Source: an uncultured Chloroflexota bacterium
Lineage (GTDB): Bacteria > Chloroflexota > Chloroflexia > Thermomicrobiales > UBA6265
NCBI GenBank assembly: GCA_937901745.1
Contig: CALGSZ010000130.1
Location: 3,320-67,319, forward strand
Length of the DNA stretch: 64,000 nt
Reading direction: 5' to 3'
The notes under the pieces were generated by a model that made no database searches, had not been told where the DNA came from, and saw only the letters and a program-made list of their open reading frames with translations. A program made the position numbers and the translations under genes. Positions 19,575 to 28,420 of this stretch are shown here, in pieces. Positions within the stretch are counted from its first letter, which is position 1, and each line of letters starts with the position of its first letter.

Positions 19575-22538
19575 ATGGCGGAGACGACCTATGACGCCGG
19601 TCAGACCGTGTTGGACCGGGCGCTCGATCTCTCCCGAGTCCGCTGGCTGACGATCGCCGCGCTCCTGGCGATCGTCATCGGCGCCGGCCTCCGGCTCGCC
19701 CAGCTCGACGAATTCCCGCTGTCGCCCGCCGAGGCACGCCGCGCCTACCAGGCGTACTCCTTCTACCGCGGCTCGACCTCGGGACCGGGGCAATCGCTCC
19801 CGGAGACGGCGCCAGCGCTCGCGCTCCTGCAGTCGCTCAGCTTCTTCCTCTTCGGCGCAACGGACGCGACGGCCCGCCTCGCCTCGGCCCTGCTCGGCCT
19901 GGGCATCGTCCTCGTCAGCCTCGCCCTTGGCCGATTCATTAGCGGGCCCGCCGCCGTCGGAATGGCCGCGTTCGCCGCGATCTCGCCCACGCTCCTCTAC
20001 GGCTCGCGCATCGCCGACCCGCAGATCGCCGTCGCGTTCTTCTCGCTCTTTGCCCTCTACGCGCTGCTGCGAATCGGCGTCGCCACACCCGGCGGGAGTG
20101 GTCGCCACGGTTGGAGCATCGCCCTCGGCGCGGCGCTCGCCGCGGGCTACGCCTCCGCCCCAACGGCGCTGACGGTCTACATCTGCCTCGCGCTCGCCCT
20201 CTTCGTTGACCACATCACGTCCGGGCAGCGGCAAAGCGCCCTCTCGCGCTACTTTGTCGCCGTGCGCGAGACCCCGCGCGCCATCCCCGCCGCGATTGCC
20301 AGCTTCGCCGCCACCATCATCATCCTCTATAGCTGGCTGTTCACCGACTTCTCCGCCCTCTCCGGGATCGGCGGGGCGCTCGCCGACTGGGCGCGGCTAC
20401 TGACGACAACAAGCTCGACCACCCCGACCCAGTTCTTCCTGCTCGCCATCCTCCTCTACGAGCCGCTCGCCGTCCTCTTCACCATCGTCGGCGCCAACCG
20501 GGGTACCGGCAGCGCCGCCACTAGCGGGATCGGCTGGTCGTTCTTCGTCACCTGGTTCGTCGCCGCGCTGCTCATCTTCAGCTTCAGCTCCGGTCGCGCC
20601 CCGGAGCACACGATCCTCGTCGCCCTCCCGCTCATCCTGCTCGGCGGGGCGGCGCTCGGCGAATTCCTCGCCTCCTTCAACTGGGTCGGCGCGGGCGCGG
20701 GACGCGCCTGGAGCCTCTTCGCCGTCTATCTCGGCCTCATCGTCGCCCTCATCGGCTTCTTTGTCCGCGTCTCCAGGATCAATGACGCCCTCAACGAGAA
20801 CCAGGCAACTTTCCAGGCGCTCGCCATTTTCATCGTCGGCGTCGTGCCCTTCGGCTTCGTCACCTATGTGCTCGTCAGGCGCGAGCTAGCCATCGGCTCC
20901 GGCCGCTACGCGGCGCTGATGATCCTCACCGTCGCCGCCTTCTTCCTCAGCGCCTACGCGATCCGCTCCTCCGTCATGCTCAGCTTCTACAACGCGGTCG
21001 AGGGCACGGAGCCACTCGCGCAGCGGACGACGACTCCGGCCATGCTGCGCCTCGTCGAGCGCGTCCAGAAGCTCTCGCGCGACCTGACCGTCACCGAGGG
21101 CTCGACGCAAGACCCAACCGGCGGGCACAGCGTGACGATCGCTATTGATGGGCGGCCGGAGTTCCAGGCCCGGTGGCCCATGCGCTGGTATTTCCGCGAC
21201 TTCCCGTTCGCGCAGATCGTCGCGGGAGGACAGGCCCCGCTCAGCAACGCGCAGATCGTGATCGCGCCGGACGACGCGGGCATGGCCGAAGCCGGCTACA
21301 CGCCGAGCGAGTACCCGCTCGTCAATCGCGTGCCGGTCGCCTACACCGCGCCGAGCTTGGGCGACATCCTGGCCACGATCGTCGTGCCGTCTCGGTGGGA
21401 CACCGGCCTCCGCTTCCTGATCGAGCGCGAGCCGCTGACCCTCGCGCCGCCGGAGTCCGTCGCGGTCGGCTTCAACGCCGAGCTTGCCAATCGCCTCTTC
21501 CCTAACACCGGACCGTTCGGCCTCTTCGATCGACCCGGTCCCGGCGCGGGCCGCGGCCAGTTCAACGGCCCGCGCGGCATCGCCGTCTCGCCGGACGGCT
21601 CGACGGTCTACGTCGTGGACATGGGGAACGCTCGCGTGGAACGCTTCGATTCGCTCGGCGCCTTCGTCGGCTCCTGGGGCGGCGAAGCCGGGGGCGTCTC
21701 GTTCGAGCGGACGTCCGCCGGCCTCGGACCGACCGGGATCACCATCGATGCGAACGGGATGATCTATGTCACCGATACCTGGAACCACCAGCTCGTCGTC
21801 CTCGACGACACGGGCCGGGAGATCCGCCGGTTCGGCACCTTCCAGGACACGCAAGACTCGCCAGATCCGAACGTCGGCACCGGCATGTTCTTCGGTCCGC
21901 GAGCTGTCGCGGTATCAGGTGACGAGATCTACGTCGTCGATACCGGCAACGAGCGAGTGCAGGTCTTCGCGCTCGACGGCACATTCCGGCGGGCGTTCGG
22001 CGGCTACGGCAGCGAGCCGGGCAAGCTGATCGAGCCGGTAGGGATCGCGCTCGGCCCGGACGGCCGCGTCTACGTGGCCGATAGCGGCAACTCGCGTATC
22101 TCCATCTTCGCCTCGGACGGGACGCCGCTCGAGCAGTGGCCGGTGGACGCCTGGCTCGGCCACGCCTTCTTCGAGCCGTACCTCACGTTCGACGCGGCCG
22201 GGTACCTCTATGCCACCTCGTCCGCGACCGGCAGCATCGAGGTCTTTGGCCCCGACGGCTTACCGCGCGAATCGCTCACCGAGATCAACGGCGAGCGCCT
22301 GCAGCAACCCGTCGGTATCACCACCGCCCCCGATGGCGCGATCATGATCACCGATATGGGACGCCACGCGGTATTCCGGTACGAGCCCCCGCCGCCGGCC
22401 GAGGAAGACGAGATCGTGGACCTGGAGCCGCAGCTGCCCTTCGAGGCCTCGCCAGAAGCCACTCCCGAGGCGACGCCGGCGGCCTCACCGGAAGCGAGCC
22501 CGGCTGGCTCCCCACCGGCATCCAACCTAGGCGGATAG
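19575..22538 (+). CDS. GT-C-like membrane protein with C-terminal NHL-repeat beta-propeller
   Basis: N-terminal half paralogous to the upstream gene (GLRLAQL, DATARL, ISPTLLYGSR, WPMRWYFR); NHL repeats PRGIAVS..VYVVDMGN, GPRAVAV..VDTGNERVQ, PVGIAL..VADSGN; S/T/P-rich tail. Confidence 0.8.
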   Translation: MAETTYDAGQTVLDRALDLSRVRWLTIAALLAIVIGAGLRLAQLDEFPLSPAEARRAYQAYSFYRGSTSGPGQSLPETAPALALLQSLSFFLFGATDATARLASALLGLGIVLVSLALGRFISGPAAVGMAAFAAISPTLLYGSRIADPQIAVAFFSLFALYALLRIGVATPGGSGRHGWSIALGAALAAGYASAPTALTVYICLALALFVDHITSGQRQSALSRYFVAVRETPRAIPAAIASFAATIIILYSWLFTDFSALSGIGGALADWARLLTTTSSTTPTQFFLLAILLYEPLAVLFTIVGANRGTGSAATSGIGWSFFVTWFVAALLIFSFSSGRAPEHTILVALPLILLGGAALGEFLASFNWVGAGAGRAWSLFAVYLGLIVALIGFFVRVSRINDALNENQATFQALAIFIVGVVPFGFVTYVLVRRELAIGSGRYAALMILTVAAFFLSAYAIRSSVMLSFYNAVEGTEPLAQRTTTPAMLRLVERVQKLSRDLTVTEGSTQDPTGGHSVTIAIDGRPEFQARWPMRWYFRDFPFAQIVAGGQAPLSNAQIVIAPDDAGMAEAGYTPSEYPLVNRVPVAYTAPSLGDILATIVVPSRWDTGLRFLIEREPLTLAPPESVAVGFNAELANRLFPNTGPFGLFDRPGPGAGRGQFNGPRGIAVSPDGSTVYVVDMGNARVERFDSLGAFVGSWGGEAGGVSFERTSAGLGPTGITIDANGMIYVTDTWNHQLVVLDDTGREIRRFGTFQDTQDSPDPNVGTGMFFGPRAVAVSGDEIYVVDTGNERVQVFALDGTFRRAFGGYGSEPGKLIEPVGIALGPDGRVYVADSGNSRISIFASDGTPLEQWPVDAWLGHAFFEPYLTFDAAGYLYATSSATGSIEVFGPDGLPRESLTEINGERLQQPVGITTAPDGAIMITDMGRHAVFRYEPPPPAEEDEIVDLEPQLPFEASPEATPEATPAASPEASPAGSPPASNLGG

Positions 22539-22570
22539 CGCCACCGCTCCTGTCACACGCGCGGACGACG

Positions 22571-23782
22571 TCACCGCGGCTCGCCGGAGGAAGGCGTCGT
22601 CTCCGGCTCTTCGGAGAGGAGCCAGTTCTCGAAGCGCTCGCTCAGCGCCTCGCGGTTGTCCACCCAGTAATTCCAGTTCTGCGTGAACTGGACGGCCTTG
22701 TTCTGCGGCGCGCTCGGCAGGATCGCCTTCCGGTCCTCCCGCAGCAAGTTGAACGCGTCCCGATTGACCGGGCCATACGGCAAGAGCCGGGAGAAATTGG
22801 CCGTCGGCACCGCGCGGGTCGCGAAGTTGATGAAGTCCATGGCGACATCCGCGTTCGGCGCCCCCTTCGGCACCACCCACGCGTCCGCCGTCAGCATGCC
22901 ACCAAACCACTGGATGCGAACCGCATCGTGGATATCGAACTGCTGAAGCCGCACGTTCCACCCGCTCGCCATCGCGGCCAAACCCGAGCTAACGAGCTCG
23001 ATCGGCTCCTTGCTCTCCTCCCACCACACGATGACGTTGCGCCGGATCCGATCCAGGCTCGCGAACGCCCGCTCCACATCGAGCGGATACAGCTCCTCCA
23101 TCGGGACGCCGTCCGCCAGCAGCGCGAACTCGAGCGTCCCCACCGGACTCCGTCGCAGCACCCGCGCCTGTTCCGGCTCGAGATCCACGCCAGGCTCCGG
23201 CGGCGTCACGTCCCAGAAATCGGCCCAGCTTTGCGGCGCGCGGGTCGTGCCCGCCGGATACAACATGACCGTGGAGGAATACGCGACGCCGACGCCGTAC
23301 TGAAGCGTGATGTCGTCGTAGAGCGCGGACCGGTCGACCACCTTATAGTCGATCGGCTGGAGATACCCCTCGCGCGCCAACACGAGCACCTCTTCCATCG
23401 GCAGCGTCAGGACGTCCCAAATGACCTCCCCCGCGTCCACCTGCTCGCGCAGCACGCCGATCTCCGCCGTCTGCGTCTGGATCGTCGCGCCCGTTGCCTC
23501 CGAGAAGGGATCAAAGAACGCCGCCCGCTGCGCCTCCTCGTACGGCCCACCCCAGACGGCGATCGTCAACGCTCGCCCGCTCCACTTGGTCGGGTCGGCG
23601 TATCCCGGCACCGGCGAAGCAACCACGCCCTGGGTCGGAGTCAGCGTCGGCTCGGGCGTCGGTGAGGGCGTCGGCGTCGAGGACGAAGAGTTCGGGTCAT
23701 CGTTCTGGCACGCGGCAGCCGCGCCGACGACAGCGGCGGACAACGCGCCGAGGACCGCGCGCCGGCTCACGCGGCGAGTCAT
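22571..23782 (-). CDS. Tat lipoprotein, PotD/PotF-family solute-binding protein
   Basis: SRRAVL Tat motif and AAAC lipobox; WGGPYEEAQ, SWADFWD, TLEFALLADGV..LYPLD, AWVVPKG; start set to ATG 23782. Confidence 0.82.
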   Translation of the reverse strand: MTRRVSRRAVLGALSAAVVGAAAACQNDDPNSSSSTPTPSPTPEPTLTPTQGVVASPVPGYADPTKWSGRALTIAVWGGPYEEAQRAAFFDPFSEATGATIQTQTAEIGVLREQVDAGEVIWDVLTLPMEEVLVLAREGYLQPIDYKVVDRSALYDDITLQYGVGVAYSSTVMLYPAGTTRAPQSWADFWDVTPPEPGVDLEPEQARVLRRSPVGTLEFALLADGVPMEELYPLDVERAFASLDRIRRNVIVWWEESKEPIELVSSGLAAMASGWNVRLQQFDIHDAVRIQWFGGMLTADAWVVPKGAPNADVAMDFINFATRAVPTANFSRLLPYGPVNRDAFNLLREDRKAILPSAPQNKAVQFTQNWNYWVDNREALSERFENWLLSEEPETTPSSGEPR

Positions 23783-23802
23783 CAGATTCGGCGAGTGCCC
23801 TC

Positions 23803-25086
23803 TCACGGGGTCACTCCGTGCGGCGTCGGCGTCGGATAGAGGCACGGGCCGCCGAGCAGCCAGCAATTGAACTGCTCGTTTGCCTCGGTTTGGTGCCGCG
23901 CCCACCAAGCCGTATTCACCCGGATCAACTGGTCGAGATGCTCCGGCGCGGTCGGCAGCACCGGTCGCAGCGACCGGTCAATGAAGTCGAAGGCAGTGGG
24001 CACGACCGGACCAAGCGCGACCGCGCGCGCCAGGGCCGCCTGCACGGACGGAGCAGTCGCGAAATTCACCATATCCACGGCAATATCACGCGCCGGGCTC
24101 CCACGCGCGATGACCCAGGAGTCCGGCAAGATCAGACCCTGATTCCATATGAACGCGATCGGCCGGCCATCGCGCTGCCCGGCCACCACCCGATAGTGCC
24201 ATGCCGCGGCGAAAGCCGCACGCCGGCGCGAGAGCCATTGCACCGGCTGCTGGCCGCTGTCCCACCACAGATCGACGATCCTGCCGCTAATCCGCTTCAG
24301 GCTTTCGATCGCCCGCGGCCCGTCCAATGGGTATAGCCGATCTGGCGACACGCCATCCGCCAGCAGAGCGAACTCGAAACTCGCGAACGCCTGCCGTGGC
24401 AACGCCCGGCGTCCCTGCCACCGCTCCCGGTTCCACCACTCTCGCCACGTCTGCGGCTCCCCAATCCGGAGCACGGCATCCCTGCGAAAGGCGCTGACGA
24501 TCGCGTAGGCGTACGCTGGAACGGCGGCCTCCGTCGGCGCGAACGGCTGAAAGCGGTCCGCCTGCACCTCTTCGGGAGCAATCGGCTCCACCACGCGGCG
24601 CTCCAGCGCGGTCTCCGCCCAGATCGAATCGACCAGGAGCACGTCGGCATACGGCTCCCCTGCTCGCACCGACTCGACAAGCTGCGCGTAATCGGTCGTC
24701 ATCTCGCGGATGGTGCAGCCAGTCGCCCGCGCGAACGGTTGCCAGACGTACTCCCGTAGCGCCTGTTGGACCTCGGCGCCCCACGCCGCGACACGTAGCG
24801 TGCGGCCAGCCCACCGGCCGGGGTCATCGAAACCAGGAACGCGGCCAACCGGCGTGCCAGGGAAGAGCGTCGGCGTCGGTGTCGGCTCCTCATCCTGGTC
24901 GTCGCCGCAACCCACCAGCACAGCCGCGGCCCCCGCGACGGCGAGACCGATCGCCGTGCGCCGGCTCAGCCGAGCGCCATCCAAGTCCCGCTTCGCCTGT
25001 CGAGAATCGCTGCGCCCGGTCACGGCACTCGGTCCGTTTACTGGAAAATGACCACTCGCGCCACCCGCCTGACTGCCACCTGGCAT
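23803..25086 (-). CDS. Tat lipoprotein, PotD/PotF-family solute-binding protein (paralogue)
   Basis: SRRTAI and LVGC lipobox; AWGAEVQQA, FEFALLADGV..LYPLD; start uncertain (25086 or 25023). Confidence 0.78.
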   Translation of the reverse strand: MPGGSQAGGASGHFPVNGPSAVTGRSDSRQAKRDLDGARLSRRTAIGLAVAGAAAVLVGCGDDQDEEPTPTPTLFPGTPVGRVPGFDDPGRWAGRTLRVAAWGAEVQQALREYVWQPFARATGCTIREMTTDYAQLVESVRAGEPYADVLLVDSIWAETALERRVVEPIAPEEVQADRFQPFAPTEAAVPAYAYAIVSAFRRDAVLRIGEPQTWREWWNRERWQGRRALPRQAFASFEFALLADGVSPDRLYPLDGPRAIESLKRISGRIVDLWWDSGQQPVQWLSRRRAAFAAAWHYRVVAGQRDGRPIAFIWNQGLILPDSWVIARGSPARDIAVDMVNFATAPSVQAALARAVALGPVVPTAFDFIDRSLRPVLPTAPEHLDQLIRVNTAWWARHQTEANEQFNCWLLGGPCLYPTPTPHGVTP

Positions 25087-25400
25087 CTCCTGGACGAGGG
25101 TCGGAAGGAACGCGACGCGAGCCCGACAGCCCATCAGACAGCCGTCCTAGACCGCCGCTGTCGCTGATGCTAGCACGTTCGTCACCCCGCGGAACCGGCC
25201 GCGTCCTGCCACGGCCGCCCCGATCTCGCGCAGGGAAACACATTACCCACTTCATTTGGCCGTCAATGGCGTAGGATTTGCATAGAGCGCGCCGCTGCCG
25301 GCAGCAAGCGGGCCGCTGGGCGTGTGCGCATGCGCGCGCACTCCGCCGCGTCAGTAGCGACCGGGAGGCCGGCGCCCGGAAACCGTGACCTGGGAGGGGC

Positions 25401-25676
25401 GTGATGGAAACCTACAACCTGTACATGGACGAGATTTCGAGCGGCTCCGAGCAGGATGGCGAAGGCACGTATGAAGTCCAGTTCCGGATCGTCCCGAACA
25501 GCATTGACGACGGCGATCCAGAGAACAACGCCGTGCTGGCCAACCTCAACCTGCTCGACCTCATCGATCTGCGCGACGCGATCCAGCAGATGATCGACGA
25601 GGTCGCGATGTCCTCGATCGAAGCAGAGCTCGAAGCCCAGGAACAGTCGACAGCTGAGGAAGAGATGACGCCGTAG
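25401..25676 (+). CDS. small highly acidic hypothetical protein
   Basis: SD GGGAGGGG, typical codon usage, 23 D/E versus 2 R and no K in 91 aa. Confidence 0.75.
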   Translation: MMETYNLYMDEISSGSEQDGEGTYEVQFRIVPNSIDDGDPENNAVLANLNLLDLIDLRDAIQQMIDEVAMSSIEAELEAQEQSTAEEEMTP

Positions 25677-25714
25677 CGCGGCGGCGCCGGCGTCAGCCTG
25701 CCGGCTCGCTCATC

Positions 25715-26461
25715 TCACGGGCCAGTGGGCTTGCGACCGCCGAAGACTGCCAGCTCGAAAACCTTGAAATAGCAGTCCACGTCCTGATAGCCGATCTCCC
25801 GGAGCCAGGCGCACTGGTCTTCCACCGGAGCGAGGATGTTGGCGACTTTGTCCGGCCGGTAAACGTGATCCCTCGCCACTTCCTCGCGAGTTTTTCCGGA
25901 GCCGATGCGCTGGTGGTAGGCGTAGATCGAGTCCACGAGCAGCTCGTCCGACACCTGCTGTAGCCACGGCGTCGCTGACGAGACGTGCTCGATATTGATG
26001 AACCACCCGCCGAGCGCAAGCAGATCGAAGATCTCCTTGTAGATCTCGCGCTTGCGCTCGTCGGGCTGATGGTGGATCGCAAACCCCGAGGCGATGAGAT
26101 CGAACGGGGCAAGCGCCGCCACCGCATCCACCCAACCTCTCCGCCCGAAATCGGCGAGAACGTAATGGCGGCGGTCCCCTTCACCGAGCTGGGAGCGGGC
26201 CGCCTCCATCATCGGCTCGGAAAAGTCGAGAAGCGTCGCCTCCGCCTCCGGGTAGGCGCTCAGAATCGCCGACGCCACCGTCCCCGCGCCGCTGCCGAGA
26301 TCGAGAAACCGGCGGACAGGCTGCTCGCTCGCCGCCACGACGCGCAGCATGATGGCAAGTTGATCCGCCGCGTATGGGAGCCCGCCCCGCACGCCGCTGA
26401 CGAACTTCGCGACGAGCGCGGGATCCTGCCACACGACATCGCGCCGCTCCGTTTCCGCCAC
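25715..26461 (-). CDS. class I SAM-dependent methyltransferase (CmoA-like)
   Basis: FLDLGSGAG, LLDFSEPM, SGFAIHH, GGWFINIE; GTG start after GGAGGAG. Confidence 0.85.
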   Translation of the reverse strand: MAETERRDVVWQDPALVAKFVSGVRGGLPYAADQLAIMLRVVAASEQPVRRFLDLGSGAGTVASAILSAYPEAEATLLDFSEPMMEAARSQLGEGDRRHYVLADFGRRGWVDAVAALAPFDLIASGFAIHHQPDERKREIYKEIFDLLALGGWFINIEHVSSATPWLQQVSDELLVDSIYAYHQRIGSGKTREEVARDHVYRPDKVANILAPVEDQCAWLREIGYQDVDCYFKVFELAVFGGRKPTGP

Positions 26462-26722
26462 AGCTCCTCCCCTTCTCCACGGCCCCAAATCCAAGATCGT
26501 TCTACTCTACACCCCGAGCGGCATTCCCAGGCAGAGACCGAGCCCGGACAGCGCGTCACCCGCCCCGGGCATCCCCCCGATACCCGCCGAGCCCCACCGT
26601 CCCCACCAGCCATCACCATCGGAGAATCGGGCAGGAACCCGTACCCACCATTCACGCGATGCCCGTCACGTATCCCTTGTGGGAATGGAATCGGTACCCT
26701 TCTCGGGACGACGCCCCCAATT

Positions 26723-27152
26723 CGATGGGGCGGAACTTGTGTCCGCCCATCGGCCGAAGGCCGATAGCATCGCACACGAATCGTCCAAAGGCGCCAAGTG
26801 ATAGAAACATCCACGGCCTTTCGGTCCGTCTGTGGCTGCCGGTGCCTCCCCTACGACGGCCACGCGCCTCCAACCCACGTCCCGGATCGCGGCGACCCAC
26901 CCCGCCGTGCGCGATTCAAATTCGCGCCATGCGGAAACACCTAGGGCCCTGCGGGCCGGAGGGGCACGGGTCCCGCCCCTAGGAGGGATTGTCGGTGATT
27001 CGGCATCATTTCCGGAGGAGTTCGCGATGCCGGCCGGCGTCAATGGATGTGTCGGGCACGGCGGGGCGGAATACGTCCTGGGGGGAGAGGCGAACGGACG
27101 CATCATTCGCAGGGGCGGAACCTACGCCCACCCGTCGCCCGAAGGGCGATAG
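26723..27152. repeat. cluster of REP-like palindromes (two degenerate ~42-bp units plus single hairpins)
   Basis: GGGGCGGAACTTGTGTCCGCCC-ATCGGCCGAAGGCCGATAG (26727-26767) and GGGGCGGAACCTACGCCCACCC-GTCGCCCGAAGGGCGATAG (27112-27152). Confidence 0.55.
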
Positions 27153-27193
27153 GAACTAACCCCGCTCTCCAACGGGGGCGCCCCATCACGCCA

Positions 27194-28192
27194 TCATGCT
27201 GCCGATTCTGGCACTTCCTCGATCAACGCCCGGAGGACATCGTCCGCCGTCAACCCGCTGGCTTCAGCCTCGAAATTGAGAATGATCCGGTGCCGCAGCG
27301 CCGGCAGCGCGACCGCCCGCACATCCTCGAACGCGACGTTGAGCCGTCCTTCCATCAGCGCCCGGATCTTCGCGCCAAGCACGATCGCTTGCGCTCCCCG
27401 CGGGCTCACGCCATACCGAACGTACCGCTTGACCATCGGCGTCGCTCGCTCGCTCTCCGGGTGCGTTGCCAGCACCAGCCGGACGACGTAGTCGCTGACA
27501 TGGCTCGCGATCGGCACCTGCCGGGCCAGCCGCCCCATCGCCAAGATCGTCTGACCGTCAGCCGCCTTCTGCGACGAGTACTCCAGATCCGAAGTCGTCC
27601 GCCGCAGAATCTCCGCGAGATCGTCCGCCGACGGATACGGCACGAGCAGCTTGAAGAAGAACCGGTCCAGCTGCGCCTCCGGCAGCGGGTAGGTACCCTC
27701 CATTTCGAGCGGGTTCTGCGTCGCCAGAACGAAGAACGGTTGCGCCAGCGGGTGGATTTCGTTCGCAACGCTGACCGTCTTGTCCTGCATCGCCTCAAGC
27801 AACGCGGCCTGCGTCTTCGGCGTGGCCCGGTTGATCTCATCGGCCAGGATCAGGTTGGCGAAGATCGGCCCCGGCTGAAACTCGAACCGCCGCCGCCCCT
27901 GCTCGTCCTCCATCAGGATGTTGGTCCCGGTGATATCGGCGGGCATCAGGTCCGGCGTGAACTGAATGCGGCTGAATTGCAGGTCGAGCGCGTCGGACAG
28001 CGTCCGGACGAGCATCGTCTTGCCGAGACCAGGCACTCCTTCGAGCAGCGCGTGGCCGCCCGCGACGAGGCAGATCAAGACCTCCCGTACGATCGCCGCC
28101 TGACCAACCATCGTCTTGGCGACTTCTTCTTCGATCCGGTGCGCGACCTCCCGGAAGGTCGTGACCGACATTTCCGTTTCGACAACTGTCAT
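27194..28192 (-). CDS. MoxR-family AAA+ ATPase
   Basis: HALLEGVPGLGKT, RIQFTPDLMPADITG, ADEINRATPKTQAALLEAM, ATQNPLEMEGTYPLPEAQLDRF. Confidence 0.95.
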   Translation of the reverse strand: MTVVETEMSVTTFREVAHRIEEEVAKTMVGQAAIVREVLICLVAGGHALLEGVPGLGKTMLVRTLSDALDLQFSRIQFTPDLMPADITGTNILMEDEQGRRRFEFQPGPIFANLILADEINRATPKTQAALLEAMQDKTVSVANEIHPLAQPFFVLATQNPLEMEGTYPLPEAQLDRFFFKLLVPYPSADDLAEILRRTTSDLEYSSQKAADGQTILAMGRLARQVPIASHVSDYVVRLVLATHPESERATPMVKRYVRYGVSPRGAQAIVLGAKIRALMEGRLNVAFEDVRAVALPALRHRIILNFEAEASGLTADDVLRALIEEVPESAA

Positions 28193-28267
28193 GGCGAACC
28201 TCGGATGTGCGAACGGAAAGTGCCACTGAGCGGCAGTACGGGCGGAGAGGTCTGGCCGAGACTCAGA

Positions 28268-28420
28268 TTACGTTCGGATGATCACGATCACGGCCACCGC
28301 CACACACATCAGAACAATACCACCGATCGCCACAACGCCAATCAATATGATGCTTGCCTTATCCGATATTCTGCGTCGCTCAGGCTTCCGTTCTTCCGTC
28401 GCGGGTCCTTCCGCCGTCAT
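28268..28420 (-). CDS. small tail-anchored membrane protein, 50 aa
   Basis: ATGA-coupled to the GT4 stop; charged N-terminus then IILIGVVAIGGIVLMCVAVAVIVII helix. Confidence 0.65.
   Translation of the reverse strand: MTAEGPATEERKPERRRISDKASIILIGVVAIGGIVLMCVAVAVIVIIRT

Noticed and set aside
25140..25400. GC-rich palindromic stretches that might be a riboswitch or ncRNA
   Set aside because: No conserved aptamer motif that I recognise; such pairing is expected at this GC content
26470..27190. Possible CRISPR array or protein-coding ORFs in the long gap
   Set aside because: No regularly spaced identical repeats and no cas genes; the ORFs lack SD, motifs and typical codon pattern
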